DNA of 64,000 nucleotides from Phoronis australis (lineage: Eukaryota; Animalia; Phoronida). The notes under the pieces are model-generated. The model had not been told where the DNA came from, did not search any database, and worked only from the letters and a program-made list of their open reading frames with translations. The DNA is taken from assembly GCA_002633005.1 (NCBI GenBank), contig NMRA01000121.1, positions 568,501 to 632,500 on the forward strand, written 5' to 3'. The translations under genes were made by a program, and so were the position numbers. This document shows, in pieces, positions 25,673-34,600 of this stretch (the stretch's first letter is position 1; the number at the start of each line of letters is the position of its first letter).

Positions 25673-28600
25673 ATTTGTTAAATGCACGACACTTTTCATT
25701 GTTCACAGTCTTTATTTCGTTACGTTCGTACTTTCGGAACAAAACTCGTGGGGGTCATTCAATTGTACTATGAACTATATTCAAGTAAAGTAGGTTGCAC
25801 TATGGCCACTCTTTAACATACTATGTCACTCGAAAATCTGAATTAGTGATAACCTCGAATCAGAAAGTACACAGGTAGTTATTTTTGCGTTAAAGTGTGC
25901 TTTATTCAGAATAAGCTTATCCAAAAGGAAAAATAATACATGGCGACCTTAAGGGTATGCTAAAAGGTCGCAAGTATGAAAATGGTAGTTTGAACACTTT
26001 AAGAACTGGTTTAAGTTGTAAGACTCGATTGCCACAACTGTCACACATTTCCGTTCCTAGCTATAAGATAACTGGTACGTGTTCAATAATCAAAATGTAT
26101 ATTACGTGTTTTAGGAGATTCCGCTAGTCTTCCTGATAGAACGTCATGAGTTTAAAGCGGAGTTCGCGGTCCTCCTGGCTGTCACTGAACACGCAGCGAG
26201 TATACGCATGACTGTGACTTGAGTTTAACTTTTTCAGGTTTGCAACGCTTGTCGTTGATGTTGGGAATATGTATGCAGTATCGACGTTACCGGGAAACAA
26301 ATATTTACTGTTTTTTCTTGCAAGTTTAGCGTCAGCTTTAGTTTCGTTAACGTTGATTCCACTGCAAAAGCGGTATGTACTTCACATTGATATGCTTTTT
26401 AGCTGAATCTTATAAACCACTTTTAAATTTATGCACCTTAACTCTTCACTTATTTAGCACATTTTGACCGACGACTGAAATTCTATTTGTTGGATTTCTA
26501 AACAAAAAGATTAACCATGGCTTATGGTGTGTAGATGTCACAAAACAACATTTGATGAAACTTCCATTATTTGCAAAACTGTAATGATCCTAAGTAAATG
26601 AATGGCAAATAAGTATTTTATTCGCCTTTTGAACGCAAATGCACAGGTGCAAAAATTTACTTGAGTGACGAACAAATTTGCACTACTTTCAGAGGTTTAG
26701 CAAATATAAACAATGCACTTGTGAACGTATAATAAATTTACTTAGAGGTACAATTGACAATGTCTAACATCATTGGCACGGAAGAGTTTAAAGTTACACA
26801 AATTTCAACTTAAAATTTCGGTCAAAGGCGATGTATTTTGTTGGATGACATCAAGATGACTTTGATTTTGAGAAATCGAATTCGAATTAGATGTAACTTT
26901 TGGCATTTTCCGTTACTTTTTGTGGGAGCTCAAGAAAATTGTCCATTAGTCTGCACTCAAGTAAAACATGCTTTATGCAGAACTTTTTGGCTCCTAGATT
27001 CGAGCTTCAAACTCGAGTAGAAAGTCGATTTCAGATACAAAATTTTAGCCTTCATGACCGGGTAATCAAGTACAAACAAGCTTTAGACAGTCATCCACAA
27101 GTCATTATTTACGCGAATACAGAATAAAAGACACTTATGGAAAATGTCAAAGTTAATTGCGCTTTCAGATGAAAAAGACCCCCGGGCACTGGTCAGTTCA
27201 GTACGCTTCAAGGAGCATGATAAACATCACACTTCGAAATATAGCCTCGCAAACGTAGACGGTCGTGGAGTGATGACGGAACAAGGAGTTGCTTTGACTT
27301 TGGAAAGAAAACATATCGAAGAACTTTTGAAGAACCTAAAGGGAAACACGACCACCGTTTACAGCGAACTGAGCAAGTTTAATCTCCTGTGCCAAGGCTT
27401 TATACTCGAAATTGAACATAATTTTGACATTTTCCGTTCTACTCTAACCTGAACTCAACATAAGTGCCTATAATTCTGTGGTTGAGTACGACACGGTTTA
27501 CTTGAACACTAGTTTGAAATTGATGATCCCCAGCATTAAAGCTATGATTTTTTACTCGAGTTGAGTTTTTACTCGATTTTATGGGTTTAATCTAAGTTTG
27601 ATCAAGTTATAACTTGCAACAGAACTCATTTGCGAGTGCCAAATCGTATTCGAGCACAGAATAAGGGATAGTTGCCTTGAGTTTGCACTAAAGCAGGTTG
27701 AAAAAATGAAAAAAATACAATTAAAGTAATTTTGAGTTCGATTTTAGCTTTGGAGATTATACCCCGGGCACTGAAGTTCTTTTTGAAACAGAAAAAATGT
27801 CTGTTTCGTCCGATAGTCGTTTTTAAATGTCTCTTTTACGATATGTGCCCACCAGTCTTGCCACAAAGTTCGCTTTGATAACGATCCAAACATCAAACCA
27901 ATCGATAACTAATGTAGAAAACTTCCTCGCCAAAAGCAATTTGCGCATGATTGCTGTCCTTTCGAAAATGAGCGTAGAGCGCACAGGTATTGATTTTTAT
28001 AAAATCTTGTGGAAGCTTAGTAAACAGGCTGTTAAACTCTTGTGCAAATTGTACTCATAGGTAAATTTACTCACGTACACTGTATGCACATTTTATGCAA
28101 ACGGCCCTAAGACTTCTCCACTGAGCATAACAGAGATGACCACGATATACTGATGTAAAATTGTGGCACCTAATCTCTGGCTCTAAAAATGATGTGAGGA
28201 AGATTGTTAAATAATTGTTAGCAAGTTATTTCCTAATGTTTCAAAGGCGATTAAAATTTTTACAGATTTGAACGACGCAGGCTTCTTTGTGCATTTCTGG
28301 CTGTGACTATGGTTTCCGCTTTGACAGCAGGATTTGTCCCCCAAAAAACTGGCAAGTAGTTTACTTCCTAACAAGTGTCGTTTTTTGGATTCAAGGGAGA
28401 ATTTGGCATGTCATTACTTACTGTACGACTGAAATTCGGATCTATCCGGAATATTCGAGATAGAGTCGTGTAATCCTTTGTACTGGTAGTGAGTTTGCAG
28501 CTTTCTGTCAGTAATTACTTTCGTATTCTGATAAAGGATGCTCATGTACGTGTGTATGTGTGTTTGTATGTATGTATGTATGTATGTATGTATGTATGTA

Positions 28601-31600
28601 TGAATGTATGTATACCTTTTTTACGCTACACCATCTGGAACACCACGAGTATTTCATACCTTCAAATTTCCCCTAAGAGGTGAACGTTATCTCTGCCTGT
28701 GCTGACTTTAAATATAGGTCAAGTCGTGTTACATTCGAATTTTTCCATGATTGGCCATGTGACTGAAATTCACACATGCTGATACGCCGTAAAATGTAAC
28801 AATTCCGTAAAATGTAACAACTGTTACATTTTACGTCATTGTTACATTTTACGTTGCTAAGCCTCTCCTAAAATGTAACAAGTTGTTGTATTTTACGTAG
28901 TTGTTACATTTTAAGTCGAATCAGCAGACTGATTGTTACATTTTAGGAAACCAACGTCATATTAAAAAGAAACGACCAAAATCACGAACAAAGTTGTATC
29001 TGACACGGCCGGGGGGGGAGTGTCGCCCGAAAAATTTGAATACCTACCCGTTTAGAGAGTGGGCTCCGACAAAAAAGTGAACCGATGAGATACTAATTTC
29101 ATGTAAAAATTCACATTTTCTCACATTTCTGTTCCAGAAATTCAGAAAAGGCACTCTTTTAGATAGTATTTTGTTGGAGAATATTTTTACTGTGAAAAAA
29201 CCCTTTTGGGCGGCACTTTCCGTATACCCCTTTCTATAGGAATATCCCCCTGGGCTGACACGAAATGATACTGGCTAATCATTTTTATTACTATTACATT
29301 TCTATTTCTGCTATTACTACCATTACTACTATTACTCCTTTCACTACTATTATTCGTTATCGGTATCGTTATCATTATCATTATCATTATTACTATAAAT
29401 ATTTTTGAATATATATAACAACGACACATTGCAATATAAATAAAATATGCTTTACCTAAATGCTAATACATCATGGTCCTCAAAGATTTTAAAATCATAT
29501 CATTTATGATTCAATGTTTTCAAAGGTCTTCGTATAATGGACAGCGAGTGCTTAAAAGCGAAGGCAACCTTTTTCATGTCATTTTCAGCAAAAATGAGGT
29601 TCGTTGATTATCCCAGACATATTTTTCACTTATTTACTACTTTTCGCAATTTATTTAATTACTCGTCGTCTACTCCGGAAGTGACGTTTTGGGAGGCAAG
29701 AATTTCGTGCCAATTTCTTTTCATATAGTCTGACTGTGAGAGCAGTCGAGTCAGTCATTGTTCTACCTCGATTGTGATAAGTTCGGTCGACGTTTGCTTT
29801 TGCTTACCAGTCAGTCAACATGTCACGCTGTTGCTGCGTACTGGGGTGTACTTGTTATAGAACAATGAGTGACTCGACAGCCCTCACAGTCAGACTATAA
29901 TGAAAAGAAATTGGCGCGAAACTCTTGCCTCCCGGAGCAGAGGACGAGAAATTAATCAAATTGCGAAAAGCTGTAATTAAGTGAAAAATGTGTCTAGGAT
30001 AATCAACGAACCTTATTTTTGATAAAGTGACATTAAAAAGGTTGCCTTTGCCTTTAAAGTGTTTGCTATGTTCAACCTTAATGATATTGTGAGAAACGTC
30101 ATGACACCTGTGGATGCAGAGTTTTCCTGCTTTTTGGAAACGAGGAGGTCGAGATTAAAAATCTTGTTTAGACGTGCGCCATTTTAAAAAATTATTATTT
30201 CTGATCCATCGGCAAGCACGGTATTGCTTGTAAATACAACTATATCCTTCTGAAGTTTGCCACGAAGAACTGAATTCAACACTGTAATCTTTTACTTGCG
30301 ACTAACATCTAGACGTGAGGATACCCACCGTGTTATCATTTTTGTCTCTTGCTAAAAACATTCCTTTTCAAAGAAATGGGGCTCGTTCCACGATGTAAGT
30401 TCAAAAACTGCTTTAAGTTAAATTCTGAAGGTAGACATTTTTCTAGAACTTGCGACTAGTCGGTTATGACCGGGTCATTAGAATAGATGGTAACGGAAAT
30501 ACAAAACACGCAACACATTTATATGGAACGGGCCCCAATATTCAGTGATTTAACCGAGTGATTTGAACTAGGTCTCATTGAAAGTGGGTTGTGAGGAAAA
30601 AAAACGGTCAACGTCGAAGTCAACGATGTTTAATGTGCGCTTTTTATGCGATGCAGCAAAGGGGTTAATATGCCATATTTCCTTATCTGCCTGCAACCAC
30701 GCGTGTTGACACAAAAATGGCGCCTCATAAGACACGTAGCTTCACGTCCATTAATACTAGCATTTCCAGTCTCTGTCTTTGTTTACATGTGCTTCGGACT
30801 AACGAACATTGACCAAATAGCAATTTTAATGGATATTTAATCTGAAAAGATAAGAGAAAGAAAAAGTGCATGTTTTGTGGTCCGAAAGGCTGACAGCTTT
30901 TTCAAACTATTGCCCCTTTAAACTATCGGCCTAGACCCGGTATCAGCAAAATAATCGTGTCCTTTCAGAGTGGCAAAATATTCTGGTTCTGTTTCCCCAG
31001 CTAGGCTTCGCATTTTTACGTATTGACGTCACGGTTTGATCAGTTGTTACCACCGCTATTTCAGACGGGTTTGACATCATAGGAACAATGATGTTTCTTT
31101 CAGCTTTTAGCTGTTTAAAACACGTTACTATGCCGCCACTTTTTAAAACTATTGGCTCCCTCTTCTCAAAGGCGATCTTTTGCTGTTACACTGGCAAAAT
31201 CTGTCCACCTGCCTGTAAATAAGTGAATGCTTTTATTTCATTCCACCACAAGGTCTTTAAGAAATTGTAATTCGTAAATAAGGTGGTAGACAGAACTGGT
31301 CAACAAAAGAGACTTTGGTCTTGTCCTTTTGTGTGGAGCATTAGCCATGACTCCAAGGCAATAAAACACTGGCTAAAATAATTAAAGCTATCTTGGACGA
31401 AAACGGGTGCTTTTTCTACCAAATTGGCTTCCGAAATTGAATTCTCCGTGAAAAAAAATTTATTGTCGTTTGTTCCAGAGTAAATTCGATAAATACTAGC
31501 CAAAACACGATGCCATTTTTTCCGTTGTGCTTACAGGGTACCAATGGAAGTGTGTGAACTGTAATGCCGGACACACAATTGGGTGTGATCTGTGAGCGCC

Positions 31601-34600
31601 AATAAAAGATTGCAAGAATGCTTAAACATTAAAAAGGTGTTCTTATCCTGGAAACTCCTTCGTCCGGAGTTCAAACTCTACGGGGTACATTTTTGAATAT
31701 ACCAAGAAACTATTCATGTTAAAAACAATGGGAAGCACATAGGAACACATTTGTAAATTCGAGCTGCAACATTTGATAGAATATAATTCAAACAATCGAC
31801 GAACAAAGGCATTAAGTGTATGAAAAGTTTTCCTCTTTGTGATCAATACCTTGCAAACTCATGAAATATGACGTTGCTTTCGTAAAATGTAACAATGTTA
31901 CATTTCTAGCATGTGCATTCGCCGTAAATTGAAACAATTACATAAAATGTAACAACTTGTTAGGAGAAACCTAGCAACGTAAAATGTAACACTGACGTAA
32001 AATGTAACAGTTGTTACATTTTACGAAATTTTTACATTTTACAGCGTATCACATGCACAGATGTCGTTCACCTCTGAGGTGAAATTTAAAGCTACGATTT
32101 CCGAGTGATACACGAGTGTGGCACAAAGTCGAGGCTTTAAGGTTCTATATATCCCAGAATATCTGCATTAGTTAATGACGAAATAGCGTGCTGTTTATCT
32201 TGTATCTCATATAGATCAAACATTCGTTGTTCAGTGTATCGGATTTTACATCAATTCTCTTTTTAATGATCAGTCAAAGGAAAATGTTTTGTAGAACCTA
32301 AACTTTAAAAATTAAACAGTTTTGAGCCAACAATTGCTTAAAACCTCGTCCTCGGAGGTAAAGGCATTCATCTAAACATCCTGACCATTAAAACGTAAAG
32401 ACTTCAAAAACATTATACATCAACGAAATTATAAGTTTTATACAAGTCTTCATAGAACAAATTCTTGAAACAGTCGTGTAGCCGGTCGAACGACTCACTC
32501 ACGTCTCGTCGGATGCGACATCATTCCCTGTTAGCCAGATCGAAAAGTTAGCCTATTAAATGGGCTCAACAGTGTCGGCGGCCGAATTCTTTTCGGGGGT
32601 GACGAACTTTTCCCGAATAGTATTGAATCAGCTTTCCGCCAAAGCACCGCAGTTTTGATGTAGATCACTTACACAATACCGCAATATAACAGGTTTTGTA
32701 CTCGTATGAAAAACGGTTTCAGGTCTTGGAAAGAACTAAGGTTACCTTGAGAACGTGTTCGGTGCGCAAAACGGCCCTCCGTGAAAAGCCAACTTGTTTA
32801 GCGTGGTCTCAAGCAATAGCAAGCTGTTAGTTTGTTCTAAGACCAGAAACCGCCTTCAGTTTGAGTGAGAAACAAAATGGCACCAATTTCCGATTACTGT
32901 AGTGGTTTGAATTTGAAGGTTATTTTTCACGAGAGGTGGTTTTATTGCAACCTTAATGAACTCCATCGACAGATCATATATATACCTGATCAGTATTAAA
33001 TATTAGTATTGTACGCATATTCCAAGTAAATTTCGTTACATATTTTTACGGGACTTTGTTCTTGGAAAACATCAGTTGTTATCACGTAAGAAAATGCCAT
33101 CCCCGTAGCGTATTAGGAGTTTATTAGGAGAGGAGTATTTAACTAAAAACATACACATTATCTAACCCAAATGTAAAAATAATTTGTTTTGTCTAATTTT
33201 GTGTTCAGCATAATAGTTTGTGAGTAGCTACATGTCCATTGTGTATTTCCCTGTAGCATAAAGACCTACTGCATGAAAAATACATGAAAATAATAGTTCT
33301 CATGAGAGAGAGGCATTTATATAGCGTTCAATAAAGCATGCCTTTAACATTTCCATGCATTCCTTTAAACAAATGCTCAAAAACATTATTTTTCTGATTT
33401 GAAATCTAAAGCATGACCAAACTGCTGAACGATTGAAAAATTCTTTTCAGCCCATTCATGTGACTATTTAAACGTAAGACTGAAGTAAAGTTTATTAGAA
33501 ACAAATAGAATATATTTGAAAAATATAAAAATGAGACAGAACAATTCAATATAACATGTCTTATTCACACTAACGAAACGAATGTTGTTGACCTTTGATG
33601 TTCTGTTCCATTTCCTTAAGTGACATTTTCCGCATCAAGCTCAAATCATGTAAAAAAACTCGAAGATAAACAGGTCTTGTTTTACTATGTATAGTGATGT
33701 AATTTGAAATGCCAGTGTTGTTCAGTAAGACTTTTGAGTTCGAAGATTGGATACCGTATGCCATGCGCTACAGTTTTGAATTGTTCATGATTCGATGCAG
33801 AGTTTGCTTAAAATCAAGAACCTGAATAACATTCATTTTTTACAGCAAGTGGCGCAGATATAAGTTTGATGTTCTCCTTCTTTGCGTTGGCTGCAAGAGC
33901 TACTTCCGGCTGTTCTGTGTCATTAACTATGGTTGTAATTGCTGAAACATTGCCTACTTGCATTCGGTGAGTCCAGTTCTTCTATTCCTTTACGCATTCA
34001 GTCTGACTGTCAGCGTTTAACTGCGAAAGTAGAGGACAAACAAGTCGGTAAACTTCCTAGTAAGGAAACCAATACAATCAGATTCATGGCTTCATTTTAT
34101 TTTACACGAAATCGACTGCTTATTGATGGTCAAAAATTAAACCGTTAGCCTTGCGTCTACGGAACGCGCCTGCCAGGGTTCTTTGGTCTCTGATTCTGAT
34201 GTTTACGAACACACGATTGAAACTTAGAAATTCCTGTAACTGAATTTTGCCAATCTGAATTTGAAGTGTTGGTGGATTTGACCTATTACGAACTTAAAAA
34301 TTAGTGCGTATCTAAACTACGACATATTGAATGATCGACGTTTGACCTAGGTTTATGAAATACGGACAACTCTGTATCATTTGCTATTTATTGGATCATG
34401 TGGTTGAGTGTTTTTAGTAAAGTTTAATAAAGCAAAAAGGTACATGCATATAGCAATTGTCTCAATACAATGACCAAAGTTTGTTTGATGTAAATGCACG
34501 AGATGAAATCTCAAAAATGCTGATAAATTTTTTTAAACTATCATTTCGTTTTATGCGACTCTTGATTTTTTTTCGAAAAAAATCATAAGAGACCCATTTT

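Larger units (their letters stand above)
18090..27713. other. About 4.7-5.0-kb duplicated segment containing exons 4-5, joined by a single N at 22746
   Basis: 18090-22745 recurs at 22747-about 27713, with SNPs and indels. Confidence 0.85.
28780..32051. mobile_element. 3.3-kb TG...CA terminal-inverted-repeat DNA element with a 5-bp target duplication (intron 6, copy B)
   Basis: CATGC|TGATACGCCGTAAAATGTAAC ... TTACATTTTACAGCGTATCA|CATGC; roughly 180-bp inverted arms built from AAATGTAACA/TGTTACATTT subrepeats. Confidence 0.8.

Noticed and set aside
32558-32662. GDELFPNSIE peptide resembling the SLC22 ELFPT motif
   Set aside because: No suitable splice sites, the motif is deleted in copy A, and the true exon 7 lies at 33846-33966.
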